Counted from the stretch's first letter, positions 1-9,682 are shown. The stretch is 64,000 nt of DNA from Candidatus Bathyarchaeota archaeon (GCA_963811105.1 CAWEPZ010000009.1:192001-256000); one strand, 5' to 3'. Numbers and translations are program-made. The notes: generated by a model not told the origin, from the letters alone.

Positions 1-1359
1 TAGAGTCACGAATCGCAAGGAATAAGCAAATGTGATTGCGGTAGTTGCGTAAATCAAAACTGTCTGCGCTAGACTTCCCGCGTCAGTAACACTAGTAATT
101 ACTAACCCTTTGCTGAAGAAAGCTGCAAATGGAGGTAATCCGCTCGTAGTTATAACCATTATAGCTGCTAAAATGAATGTGACTGGCATAGCTTTACGCA
201 AGCCGCCCATTAACCGCATGTCGCGGGTGCCGAGTGCATGTATGATGCCACCTGCGAGAAGGAATCCGAGGCCTTCGAAGAATGCGTGGCTCATCATATG
301 GAATAGACTTGCAAACCAGCCGACTGATGTAGCGACGACTACAGTTTGTGCCATAGCTGTACCTAATGCAGCCATCATGAAGCCGAGTTGGCTAATAGTT
401 GAGTATGCAAGAACTCCTTTGATGTCATTTGTGGTAAAAGCAAGTGTTGCACCGACAAACGCGGTTAGAACACCTATCCAAGCAACGGTCGGCATCCAAT
501 AAGGTTGCAAAGCGTAAATTATTGCTGGAGCAGCTGCTGCTATTAGAATAAATCTTGCAAGAAGATAAATGCCTGCCTTAACCATTGTTGCAGAATGTAA
601 AAGGGCGCTGACTGATGTTGGTGCTTCCATCGCGCTATAAAGCCAAGTGAATAATGGAAGTTGAGCTGATTTAGCAACAGCACCGCCTAAAACTAAGAAA
701 GCAATCGTGACCATTAGTCCGGTGTTTAATGTTCCGTTGCCTGCCTGTGTTTGGATAGCGCTTATTATTCCATGGAAGCTAAAAGTCTGAAAAGCAAAAT
801 ATAGCAGTCCTATCGCCGCCAGTAAGCACACATCACCTATGCGTGTCATTATGAACACTTTGGTGCCTGCACGTACTGATTCTGGGCGTTTATACCAAAA
901 TGAAATTAAAGAATATGAACATAAGCCCACCATTTCCCAGAAAATGAACATTTGGAGCATGTTGTCTGAGATAACGAGGCCTATCATTGAGCCTATGAAG
1001 AGTAGTATTAGGAAGTAGTATCGTGTTAATCCTTCTTCACCTTTCATGTACCCCAAAGAGTAAATGACAATGATTAATCCAAAGAAAGCTACAAGTACCG
1101 TGAACAACACGCTGAGCGGATCAATGAATACCCCTGCGGTAATGCCTCCAATCCAATCAACCGTTGCTCCGGTAGCTGCTCCAGAGCCGAAAAATACGCC
1201 TGGTACGAGGGAAAGAGCCAAGCCAGCAGTAGCCGCAGAGATTGCTATAACGAAGTAGTTTCGGATTTTGTCGCCTTTTTTAGCGATTAATGGAACAAAC
1301 AAACTTGCAATGAGAGGTAGTGTCCAAACTAGCCATGCAGAGGTAGTGTCAATTGACAT
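1..1359 (-). CDS. nuoL: NuoL/FpoL-like antiporter subunit (3' end runs off window)
   Basis: Not in ORF track. Manual translation from ATG 1359 (TAATG overlap with nuoK): MSIDTTSAWLVW...FWEMVGLCSYSLISFW...TRIGD...KSAQLPLFTWLYSAMEAPTSVSALLHSATMVKAG...YSTISQLGFM...SHAFFEG. Confidence 0.93.
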   Translation of the reverse strand, partial: MSIDTTSAWLVWTLPLIASLFVPLIAKKGDKIRNYFVIAISAATAGLALSLVPGVFFGSGAATGATVDWIGGITAGVFIDPLSVLFTVLVAFFGLIIVIYSLGYMKGEEGLTRYYFLILLFIGSMIGLVISDNMLQMFIFWEMVGLCSYSLISFWYKRPESVRAGTKVFIMTRIGDVCLLAAIGLLYFAFQTFSFHGIISAIQTQAGNGTLNTGLMVTIAFLVLGGAVAKSAQLPLFTWLYSAMEAPTSVSALLHSATMVKAGIYLLARFILIAAAAPAIIYALQPYWMPTVAWIGVLTAFVGATLAFTTNDIKGVLAYSTISQLGFMMAALGTAMAQTVVVATSVGWFASLFHMMSHAFFEGLGFLLAGGIIHALGTRDMRLMGGLRKAMPVTFILAAIMVITTSGLPPFAAFFSKGLVITSVTDAGSLAQTVLIYATTAITFAYSLRFVTL

Positions 1360-1676
1360 TAGATTTCCTCCTCACTTTCGCCTGTCTCTTCACTTATTCT
1401 CACTATTTCGCTTATGTCGCTTGTTCCATATTTTTTAGATACGATAACAAGCAAAGCTAAGATTACTGCACTAACTGCAGTATCAGTAGAAAATGCTAGT
1501 ATTAGGAAAGCTTCTCCCAATCCTTTACCCGCAACGGAAGAAAGCGTAACAAAGTTGAGCGTGGCTCCAGTTGCGATTAACTCCACAGAAATGAATACTT
1601 TCAATAGGTGACGTTTGGTTAATAGACCGTATATGCCAATTGACAGCATTACAAGTGATAGTATCACAAAATCCAT
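1359..1676 (-). CDS. nuoK: NuoK-like membrane subunit
   Basis: 105 aa, 3 TM, IGIYGLLTKRHLLKVFISVELI motif, operon position. Confidence 0.9.
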   Translation of the reverse strand: MDFVILSLVMLSIGIYGLLTKRHLLKVFISVELIATGATLNFVTLSSVAGKGLGEAFLILAFSTDTAVSAVILALLVIVSKKYGTSDISEIVRISEETGESEEEI

Positions 1677-2137
1677 TATTTACCACCACTCCTCTTCTGA
1701 TGCAAAACGATACCAATTCCTAAAGCAACCATTAATATTACTAAACCTTGTAAAATAACGTCAACGCCTCTAAGATTCCACAAAGCATCACCAAAAGTAA
1801 TATCCGAGCTGGCGCCTGCCGAACCGGAAACGGAAAGGAAAAATGCAGGCAATGATAAAATCACGCCAGCACTCATCAATGCAGCAGTGCTTTTTGCCGA
1901 AGTCTTCTTAGTTGGCTTATCACTAAGCATTTCGCCGGAAAGGAATAGGATGGCTAATGTACCCACGCCCACCGCAAACTGGAAAATAGCCACGTAAATC
2001 GCCCCGTTTGCTATATAAATTAATGATGTAAATAGAAAGGTACCAGCCAAAGCTGCAACAGAATAAACTGCTTCGTCTAGAAAAAGAGCAAAACAGGCGG
2101 AAACAATTAAACCGATTGATAGGATCTCAAAAATCAT
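1676..2137 (-). CDS. nuoJ: NuoJ-like membrane subunit
   Basis: Hydrophobic 153 aa, AVYS...AIFQFAVGVG pattern, lies between nuoI and nuoK. Confidence 0.85.
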   Translation of the reverse strand: MIFEILSIGLIVSACFALFLDEAVYSVAALAGTFLFTSLIYIANGAIYVAIFQFAVGVGTLAILFLSGEMLSDKPTKKTSAKSTAALMSAGVILSLPAFFLSVSGSAGASSDITFGDALWNLRGVDVILQGLVILMVALGIGIVLHQKRSGGK

Positions 2138-2517
2138 TGCTTTACCTCCTTCGCACTTTCTGCGTGAGGCTTCATAATTAATGAGGATTTATCGGTGGTA
2201 GCTAACTCATAAAATACTGAGCTTTTTATTGCGTTTCTTGGGCAACTTTCTGCACATTGATAACAGAAAATGCAACTGTCTAACTTGAATTGTGGACGTC
2301 TTTTGCCTTCAACTTCAACCATTTCAATTGCTTTTGCAGGACAATCTCTGCTGCATAGACCGCAACTGACGCATAACTTAATGTCAAATACTTGTTGTCC
2401 ACGGTAATCTTCAGGGAGCGTAGGCTTGACAAACGGGTATTTGGTTGTTGCTGGTTTGGAAAAAATATGTGATACCGCTCTTTTGAACATTGGAGATATA
2501 CGTGCTTTCTTCGCCAT
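2134..2517 (-). CDS. nuoI: NuoI-like 2x[4Fe-4S] subunit
   Basis: TTKYP...YRG, CVSCGLCSRDCP and CIFCYQCAESCP. Confidence 0.93.
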   Translation of the reverse strand: MAKKARISPMFKRAVSHIFSKPATTKYPFVKPTLPEDYRGQQVFDIKLCVSCGLCSRDCPAKAIEMVEVEGKRRPQFKLDSCIFCYQCAESCPRNAIKSSVFYELATTDKSSLIMKPHAESAKEVKQ

Positions 2518-2530
2518 TTTTTCTACACCA

Positions 2531-3520
2531 CTAATGATAAATCCACGTAACCATTGCGACTGTTAGTATAAGCGACAATATCGCTGCGGGCAATAGTATC
2601 TTCCAATTAGCATTTAATACTTGATCAATGCGCAGTCTCGCAAAAACACATGTTATGTACTCGGTAATTACAACTATTACTAGCAGTTTAAGCACAAACC
2701 ACAACGTATACCAAAACGCTGGCAACCCAAAGAATACTGGCCCATTTGGTCCGCCAAGGAATAATTCAACAACTAATGCTGCGCCGAAAACAATTTGCAC
2801 GTCGCGTGTTAAGTGAAGGAAAGCCAATTTACCTCCTGTATATTCAGTTTCTAATCCACCAACAACTTCGCTTTCTGCATGCGGAATGTCAAAAGGATCT
2901 TTTTCCAGCTCTGCCTGCAAAGTTATAACAAACAGCACAAAAGCCCATGGAGCCAAAATAATGAACGGGATAAATGGCGTTACCTGGCTTGAGGTTATGG
3001 CGAATATGCTTAAACTTCCAGCGATATACGCAGGTGTTAAGGCAAGTAAAGTAAGCGGTATATCATAACCTAAAAACTGTGTTAATACTCTTGCCGAACC
3101 GATAGAGCCATACGGGTTACAAGATGCCCATCCTGAGAGGAATAACAAAAAGTTTGCAATTGTAACAAACGCCAAAATAACAATCAAGTCACCGTTAAAT
3201 CCACTAGTTGAAAGCACGCTCGCCCCATCAATGGGCAGGAAACACATAGCAAAAACCATAATTGTAAACGCCACAAGCGGTGCAAACCTGAAAACTAATT
3301 TCTTAACGTCTCTTGGCTCAATATCCTCTTTCGTTAGTAGCTTAATGAAGTCAGCTAAAGGCTGAAGGATTCCACCTGGTCCTGCAACCATTGGACCAAC
3401 ACGGTTTTGTATGCGAGCTTCAATTTTCCGCTCAATCCAATCGCAAAACAAAGTTAACAGTAAGATAAAAGCGAAGCCGGGAAAGATCAAGATGCGCAAG
3501 ATTAGAAAAAAATCAATCAT
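2531..3520 (-). CDS. nuoH: NuoH-like membrane subunit
   Basis: ERKIEARIQNRVGP, GILQPLADFIKLLTKED, PFDIPHAESEVVGG.ETEY.G, ARLRIDQ. Confidence 0.95.
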   Translation of the reverse strand: MIDFFLILRILIFPGFAFILLLTLFCDWIERKIEARIQNRVGPMVAGPGGILQPLADFIKLLTKEDIEPRDVKKLVFRFAPLVAFTIMVFAMCFLPIDGASVLSTSGFNGDLIVILAFVTIANFLLFLSGWASCNPYGSIGSARVLTQFLGYDIPLTLLALTPAYIAGSLSIFAITSSQVTPFIPFIILAPWAFVLFVITLQAELEKDPFDIPHAESEVVGGLETEYTGGKLAFLHLTRDVQIVFGAALVVELFLGGPNGPVFFGLPAFWYTLWFVLKLLVIVVITEYITCVFARLRIDQVLNANWKILLPAAILSLILTVAMVTWIYH

Positions 3521-3531
3521 GCAGGTTCAGG

Positions 3532-5106
3532 TCACCGGTCAGTACATGAGAAGCATGGGTCTAAACTAACGAAATTCGGGGGAACATCAGCTATGTTCTC
3601 GCCTATTGCGGTTTTTAGGAATGCTGGAATGTTAGCGTATGTTGGAGTACGCACTTTAACTCGCTCGGGAAAGGCTGTGCCGTTACTTTTTATGTAACAA
3701 AATAGTTCGCCTCTTGGAGCTTCAACTCGGTTAACGGCTTCGCCTGCAGGGACAACTCTTGGCACTTTAACCCTGAATGGCCCTGCTGGCAGATGATCTA
3801 TTGTGTATTCAATTATGTTGATGCTTTCTTCAACCTCGTCCAAGCGAACGTTCATTCTTGCCCAAGTATCCCCATCAGTGTAGACTATTTCTTTGAACGG
3901 AATCTCAGCGTACGCTTCATAAGGCTCATCCTTGCGAACATCAATGTCCACACCTGATCCACGAGCTACTGGACCAACAACGCCTAATTTTAGCGCGTCT
4001 TCTCTTTTAAGCACCCCAACGTTTTTCATACGTGCTCTAAGCGACGGCTCATTTTCGTAAACTTGCCTGTAGAACGGTAGTTTCTTTCTAAGGTCGACCA
4101 TTGTGGATTTTATTTTGGGTATGTCGGTGTCTTTTAAGTCGCGTCTTACACCGCCAATAGTAATAATTGATGGATAAACTCTGTTACCACTGGTAAGCTC
4201 AATTAAGTCCATGATTGGTTCTCGATCTCTCCAGAAATACTGGAATAATGTTTCATAACCAATTTCTAGTCCCGCATGGCCCAAGGTTAAGAAGTGGCTA
4301 TGCAGCCTGTTGAGTTCTAAAGCTAGAACTCGCAAATACTTTGCTCTCTGTGGAACTTCAGTCTTCAATATTTTTTCAACGGTTTCACAATAATCGCACG
4401 CATGGATCGTAGTGCATATACCGCAAATTCGCTCAACCAAGTAGATATCTTGTAAGTAAGTCCGTGACTCAGAAGCCTTCTCAATGCCTCGATGCACGTA
4501 ACCTATACGTGGCTCCACTTTCGTCACAGTTTCTCCGTCAACAGTAACGGCAAACTTCTCAGGCTCCAAAAGCGCTGGGTGCTGTGGACCAATTATGATT
4601 TTTACAACCCTTTTGTCTTCGGGTTGCTTCTCAACTTCCTGTGATGGAGGATTGAGTTTTACTTCGTTAGCTTTAACATCTTTTCTCAATGGATAAATAC
4701 CTTGAGGCCAATTTTCCGCCAAGACAAAGTGCCCTGGAAGCGGATTTCCCTCGAAGACTACGCCGAAAAGGTCTGTGACTTCTAGTTCATGGAAGGTGGC
4801 GCTTGGAGCAATATCGGTTATTGTTTGAATTTTCGGGTTTTCTTTGGGAACTTCCGTACGTATTGTTAAAAGTGAGTTTGAAGTTCGAACATGGTATAAT
4901 ACGCCCAGGTTTGCTCCAAGGTCTAAGCCTGTGATGGCTACAACGGCAGTATATTCATCGGCCTCTACCATGGCTTTCATTACATCTCTATGTAAGCCAT
5001 TGCTTGTTACTATTGTGGCTTTACCAAGTTGACCTAACTGAATTTGGATTTTATCTTTAAGTTTTGATTCAATTACATTTACAATATCTATATTACTTTG
5101 TGGCAT
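3532..5106 (-). CDS. Group 4 [NiFe]-hydrogenase large subunit fused to NuoC-like domain (NuoCD-like)
   Basis: NuoC domain (ELEVTDLFGVVFEGNP, YPLRKD), then GPQHP, GYVHRGIEK, L1 ERICGIC and L2 DPCFSCTDR-stop. Start set at MPQ (ATG 5106) behind GAGGAGG SD. Confidence 0.93.
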   Translation of the reverse strand: MPQSNIDIVNVIESKLKDKIQIQLGQLGKATIVTSNGLHRDVMKAMVEADEYTAVVAITGLDLGANLGVLYHVRTSNSLLTIRTEVPKENPKIQTITDIAPSATFHELEVTDLFGVVFEGNPLPGHFVLAENWPQGIYPLRKDVKANEVKLNPPSQEVEKQPEDKRVVKIIIGPQHPALLEPEKFAVTVDGETVTKVEPRIGYVHRGIEKASESRTYLQDIYLVERICGICTTIHACDYCETVEKILKTEVPQRAKYLRVLALELNRLHSHFLTLGHAGLEIGYETLFQYFWRDREPIMDLIELTSGNRVYPSIITIGGVRRDLKDTDIPKIKSTMVDLRKKLPFYRQVYENEPSLRARMKNVGVLKREDALKLGVVGPVARGSGVDIDVRKDEPYEAYAEIPFKEIVYTDGDTWARMNVRLDEVEESINIIEYTIDHLPAGPFRVKVPRVVPAGEAVNRVEAPRGELFCYIKSNGTAFPERVKVRTPTYANIPAFLKTAIGENIADVPPNFVSLDPCFSCTDR

Positions 5107-5659
5107 CTGGTTTTTCCTCCTCAATTATAGTTTTAACTTCTTGTGGAACTGGGGCTTCTTGTTTTGGCACTTCTGACGTTTTTGGCTTTTCCTGGAGATC
5201 CTCAAGAGCTTCGTCTTTCTTGGGCTGTTTCTTTGGTTTAGTCGGATTGAGAGCATTTAGTAGTTTAACTACGCCATCCATCAATGCTTCAGGACGTGGC
5301 GGACATCCAGGTATGTAAGCTGTTACCGGAATAACTTTGTCTACTCCGCCCTCTACGCCGTAGCACCCGGAAAAAACTCCGCCTGAACATGCACATGCGC
5401 CAATGGCTACCACAAATTTGGGTTGTGGCATTTGGTCATACACTCTTTTTAGGCGTTCGGTGCATTGTTTTGTAACGGCGCCTGTTACCAGCAATACGTC
5501 GGCATGTCGGGGGGAAGGTTCTAGTTTTACGCCAAAGCGTTCAACATCGTATTTTGGAGTAAGCAACGAGACTATTTCAATGTCGCATCCGTTGCAGGCG
5601 CCTGAATTGAAGTGTAATACCCAAGGGGACTTTACACGTGCCCAAGTAACTGTGTTCAT
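5093..5659 (-). CDS. nuoB: Hydrogenase small subunit / NuoB-like
   Basis: GACNGCDIE, SPRHADVLLVTG, GACACSGG, IPGCPPRPE; charged C-terminal tail. Confidence 0.95.
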   Translation of the reverse strand: MNTVTWARVKSPWVLHFNSGACNGCDIEIVSLLTPKYDVERFGVKLEPSPRHADVLLVTGAVTKQCTERLKRVYDQMPQPKFVVAIGACACSGGVFSGCYGVEGGVDKVIPVTAYIPGCPPRPEALMDGVVKLLNALNPTKPKKQPKKDEALEDLQEKPKTSEVPKQEAPVPQEVKTIIEEEKPDATK

Positions 5660-5661
5660 CT

Positions 5662-5991
5662 TTATTCTTTACCTCCTTCCAAAAGAACTAAACCTGCGGC
5701 AAGAATTATGCCTAGATAAAGAACTAAGTAAATAGGGTTTGTTCCTGCTAACGTGAAAGAAGCAAAAGCCAGTAAAAGAACTGATGAGTCAAAAATTACA
5801 AAGTAAATCAGATATTTGTACAATGATACGTTGACTTTTAAACCGTGGAATGATACTTTTTCTCCACAGGCGTATGAGGCTTGCTCATTTTCACTTATGG
5901 TGGTTTTCGGGGCTGATCTCTTACCCAAAGTGTAGATTGCGAATGTTGATACGAATATTAATACAAGGGCGATGAGAGCTTCAAAAAGCAT
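5662..5991 (-). CDS. nuoA: NuoA-like membrane subunit
   Basis: YACGE, YLIYFVIFD, 3 TM; ATG 5991 preceded by GGTGA SD. Confidence 0.9.
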   Translation of the reverse strand: MLFEALIALVLIFVSTFAIYTLGKRSAPKTTISENEQASYACGEKVSFHGLKVNVSLYKYLIYFVIFDSSVLLLAFASFTLAGTNPIYLVLYLGIILAAGLVLLEGGKE

Positions 5992-6226
5992 GTGATATTT
6001 CACCATTAATGCTTTCATTTTTAGACATTAAAGCTTCCTCACAGGTAGCGTCAGGTTTGCAGTTGTTATAACCAACAGCGTAATTATGAACATATTTAAG
6101 GTTATCTGCATGAATACTGCGCAAACATACAAAGCCAGTATGCTTCAATAGATGAGGATCTTCAATCCCTAAATCAATGTCATCTAGACTGGATACTCTC
6201 TTTCCTACAGCTCTATGTTCTCCCAT
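5981..6226 (-). CDS. Hypothetical 81-aa ORF at head of hydrogenase operon
   Basis: ATG about 25 nt downstream of a TATA-like TTTATAGA; stop overlaps nuoA start; no recognised domain. Confidence 0.4.
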   Translation of the reverse strand: MGEHRAVGKRVSSLDDIDLGIEDPHLLKHTGFVCLRSIHADNLKYVHNYAVGYNNCKPDATCEEALMSKNESINGEISHAF

Positions 6227-6340
6227 ACTACCCCGAGCTAGTTCTCTATAAAATAATCCACTAAGATTTAAGTATTAAGAACAAAAAGGATGCAAACCAC
6301 ATGGACTTTAATTGAGGTATGGTAAACATGGAAAATCGCT

Positions 6341-6841
6341 TTATTCTGTTTCAGCCGTTCCATGCCATCTTCTTTCCAAATAAAGAATCAAACTGAAAAG
6401 TCCCCTGCTAGCGATAACAAGAATGAGCAGTTCAATCTCTGAAGTTCCGACAACTACAGTTCTTATGATTTCTGCACCAATAAAAATCTCTAAACCCAAT
6501 GTTAAATATCCAGCTAAATAACGCGTGGATAAGGATGGCTGGTAAGGATCCTTAAGTTTTCGCTGCAGAAATCTGATAATTACCAGAGATGCGCCAAAAG
6601 CAATCACACCGCCACCGAAAAGGTACAAAACGTCAGTTGTTAAGGTTAGGACCACATAAACTACTTGATAAATCGAACCCCCAAGCTTGTATGTTGTATC
6701 GCCAGGTAATAATGCAAAAACAAAGTTCGGGTCCATTAACGTCGTAACAGTGCCAATGACGGCAGCTATAACAACGATAAAAACAACTGCAACCGTTAAG
6801 GAACTGACTGCTGTGTTGCTTTCAACGGGATTTTCAGCCAT
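6341..6841 (-). CDS. DUF1622-family membrane protein
   Basis: RYLAGYLTLGLEIFIGAEIIRTVV...LILVIASRGLFSLILYLE matches the DUF1622 pattern. Confidence 0.75.
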   Translation of the reverse strand: MAENPVESNTAVSSLTVAVVFIVVIAAVIGTVTTLMDPNFVFALLPGDTTYKLGGSIYQVVYVVLTLTTDVLYLFGGGVIAFGASLVIIRFLQRKLKDPYQPSLSTRYLAGYLTLGLEIFIGAEIIRTVVVGTSEIELLILVIASRGLFSLILYLERRWHGTAETE

Positions 6842-6913
6842 AAAATCAAGGCAGCCTTAATTTAATTTACAAATTAAGGCAGATTACCTTAATAAAGGTG
6901 ATTTAGCGGTCTC

Positions 6914-8419
6914 TTACTGCTTCGTCAATATATGCATCAAGTCATTTTTTGTTACAATGCCCACAAGCTTCTTAGGATCATCCCTATCTAAGACTAGCAC
7001 ACGTCCGATTTCGTTTTCGCTCATTCTCTTAAAGGCCTCCAAAGCGGTTTCATCAGGATAGGCGACAACAACATTGCTTCTTGCAATTTCAGTAACTAAC
7101 GTCTCGTTTCTTTTGCTTTTGTCAACTTTTGAGGCTTCTTCTAAAGTTACCCAGCCAGCAATCTCATTATTCTTATCTATTAGCGGATAAGCTATGTGAT
7201 GACCTTTGGCAATCAAATCCAAAAATTGACGTACAGTGGTGCTCTGTGAAACAGACTTTACATTTTTAGACATAATATCGGCTATTTTTGTGCCTGTAAG
7301 AGCGTCTGTTTCTCTCAGCAAAAGTGCCGGCAAATATCCGCTGGACTCCTCCATTTCTTTAGCTTTCTTAAGACCTGCAGCACGTTTTTGCATAGCTGCA
7401 ATCATTACTCGTTCAATAACTGCCGGTTCTTCTTCCATAACCCAAGTGCTTATAGCACCACTTTCAACTGCTTTATAAAAGAAGTCTTCACCTGCTTTAG
7501 TTCTAATGATAACCGTTGACCAATCGCTTAATGGGAACGCTCCTCCGATTGAAATGTCCGCTAATTCGGCGGTAAAATCTGTGCATTTGCCGCAGCTAGG
7601 TAGAATTTGCTCTGTAACTTCAGATAAAGGAAGCCTAAACTCTGCTTTTTCAGTTTGAAATATCAGTTTCGATGATAACCTTATTTGTTTAATTTCTGAT
7701 GGCTTAACGTTGTATTTGTTTTTTATGTATTCAAGCAAGGCGCTGAGAGATAATGTGCCAAAGCAGAACAAGCCTATTGTTATTTTTAGGTTTCCGCTGA
7801 TCTTGTGTTGCCAAGCCTCTAGTTTACGAAGAGCCAGAACATGACAGGGCACTCCAACGAACGCAATGTTTGTTTTTCCATAACCATAAACTGCACTTCC
7901 ATAAGCTTTTGCAACTGAAGATGGGAAAAACTTGCTTCCTACCGCTGATAGTATGTCATCAGGCACCAAAGCAATTGAAGCCTTTGGTATAGCGGGGTTT
8001 TCAGGTTCACCTTGTGAAACAATGGCACTATCGAAAATATTGTTTTCAATACCAAACTTCAATAGTGAGGTAACAACGCCTCCACCGTGGCTTAACTCTC
8101 GAATTTTGGGGTCAACTGATTGAACTAAGAAGATTTTCCGATAGTAACCTATTGCTTCACTTTTAAGCGGGGTATCGCAAACGAAGCTCAAGCTTCGGAG
8201 CAAGAGTGCTTCTGAATGGGGACAAATTTCATAGCAAATAGGGCACAAATCCATGTCTTTGGAGCAGTCATAGGTGTGCTCAACTTTCTCACCGCTGACG
8301 TGTAAGGCACTTACCGGACATGCAGCTTCGCATGCTCCGCATTGTGTACAAAATCCAGTATCAATAATTCGTTTTTTCAAAACATCGTAAGCCATAAGTG
8401 AATCAGTTTTCTGCCCCAT
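6914..8419 (-). CDS. F420-reactive FrhB/FpoF-like subunit fused to C-terminal CBS pair
   Basis: CTQCGACEAACP and CPICYEICP ferredoxin, GGGVVTSLL, VGVPCHV, IGLFCFG, SCGKCTDFTAELADISIG; tail IADIMSKNV...GIVTKNDL is two CBS domains. Confidence 0.9.
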   Translation of the reverse strand: MGQKTDSLMAYDVLKKRIIDTGFCTQCGACEAACPVSALHVSGEKVEHTYDCSKDMDLCPICYEICPHSEALLLRSLSFVCDTPLKSEAIGYYRKIFLVQSVDPKIRELSHGGGVVTSLLKFGIENNIFDSAIVSQGEPENPAIPKASIALVPDDILSAVGSKFFPSSVAKAYGSAVYGYGKTNIAFVGVPCHVLALRKLEAWQHKISGNLKITIGLFCFGTLSLSALLEYIKNKYNVKPSEIKQIRLSSKLIFQTEKAEFRLPLSEVTEQILPSCGKCTDFTAELADISIGGAFPLSDWSTVIIRTKAGEDFFYKAVESGAISTWVMEEEPAVIERVMIAAMQKRAAGLKKAKEMEESSGYLPALLLRETDALTGTKIADIMSKNVKSVSQSTTVRQFLDLIAKGHHIAYPLIDKNNEIAGWVTLEEASKVDKSKRNETLVTEIARSNVVVAYPDETALEAFKRMSENEIGRVLVLDRDDPKKLVGIVTKNDLMHILTKQ

Positions 8420-8534
8420 CTCGGTACCACTTGTTAATGAAAGACAGTTAGATTCTTAAAAAGTTAATTGAACAAAATCGAGAAAAGAAACCTACCAACT
8501 TAAATGAAGGGAAAAGGGGATTTATGAAAAAGAA

Positions 8535-9632
8535 TCATACGGATATCTCTTCTGTTAACCCTCCCTCAGGATACGTGAATAAATGTGCTTTGTCAAGCGG
8601 GTAAGTTATTGTTACTTCTTGGCCGAAAGAGACCCAATCTTCTGTTAACGAAGTTCTATTTATTATCAAGCGGTCGCCGTTTTCAAGACGAATTTCGTAC
8701 CGAACGAAAGTTCCCTCAAAAGTGATTTTATCGATTTTCCCGAAAAGTGCGTTTTCAGTTGCGTTGCCTCCTGTTTTCATTTCGCAGGTTTCAGGTCGTA
8801 TTGCCAAAACTATTCTCTCGCCTTCTTTTATGCCTGGATTTATGGCTTTGACTTTTAATCCATCTCTCAACTCTATTTCGCAATAACCATTAGTTTTTGT
8901 AATGTAACCCTCTAGCAAGTTGGACTCGCCAATAAAGTGGGCAACAAAAAGGCTGTTTGGATGCATGTAAAGTTCCTGTGGTGTTCCAATTTGAACGATC
9001 TTGCCCTTTTTCATGACTGCGATTCTGTCGGAAATGGACATTGCTTCGGCTTGGTCATGTGTAACATGTATTGCTGTTAGTTTGAGGTCTTTTGCCATTC
9101 TTCGAATTTCATACCTTATTTCGTTTCTAACTTTAGCGTCCAATTGTCCAAGGGGCTCATCTAGAAGCAATGTCTTGGCGCCTGCAGCCAACGCTCGAGC
9201 AACAGCGATTCTTTGCATCATACCACCGCTGAGTTCGCTGGGGTAGGCATCTAAGCGTTCATTAAGTTTCACAAGCTCCAGTACTTCATGCCCAATTGTA
9301 TCAGCCTTTTTCTGGTCGTAATTTTTAACTTTTGGACCATACACAACGTTGCCCCAAGCAGTCATATGGGGAAATAGAGCGAAGGTTTGAAAAACAAAGC
9401 CAACGTCTCTATCTTCAGGAGGGTCTTTGTCAACGCGTCTCTCGCCGATGTAGATTTCTCCGCTGTCAGGTTCAATAAGTCCAGCTATAAGCCGTAGCAA
9501 AGTGGTTTTTCCGCATCCGCTTGGACCCAACAGAGAGAAGTATTCTTGGTCATGTATGCTTAAGCTAACGTTATCTAACGCGTAGATTTTTCCGTATTTC
9601 TTAGTTAAGTTTACAACTCGGATATCAGGCAT
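8535..9632 (-). CDS. ABC importer ATPase with TOBE domain (WtpC/ModC/FbpC-like)
   Basis: GPSGCGKT, LSGGMMQR, LLLDEP, VTHDQ, C-terminal TOBE. Confidence 0.92.
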   Translation of the reverse strand: MPDIRVVNLTKKYGKIYALDNVSLSIHDQEYFSLLGPSGCGKTTLLRLIAGLIEPDSGEIYIGERRVDKDPPEDRDVGFVFQTFALFPHMTAWGNVVYGPKVKNYDQKKADTIGHEVLELVKLNERLDAYPSELSGGMMQRIAVARALAAGAKTLLLDEPLGQLDAKVRNEIRYEIRRMAKDLKLTAIHVTHDQAEAMSISDRIAVMKKGKIVQIGTPQELYMHPNSLFVAHFIGESNLLEGYITKTNGYCEIELRDGLKVKAINPGIKEGERIVLAIRPETCEMKTGGNATENALFGKIDKITFEGTFVRYEIRLENGDRLIINRTSLTEDWVSFGQEVTITYPLDKAHLFTYPEGGLTEEISV

Positions 9633-9682
9633 AAACTAACTCTCCTTCGGAAACAGTTTTATTGCTTTTATAAGTTGCCATT

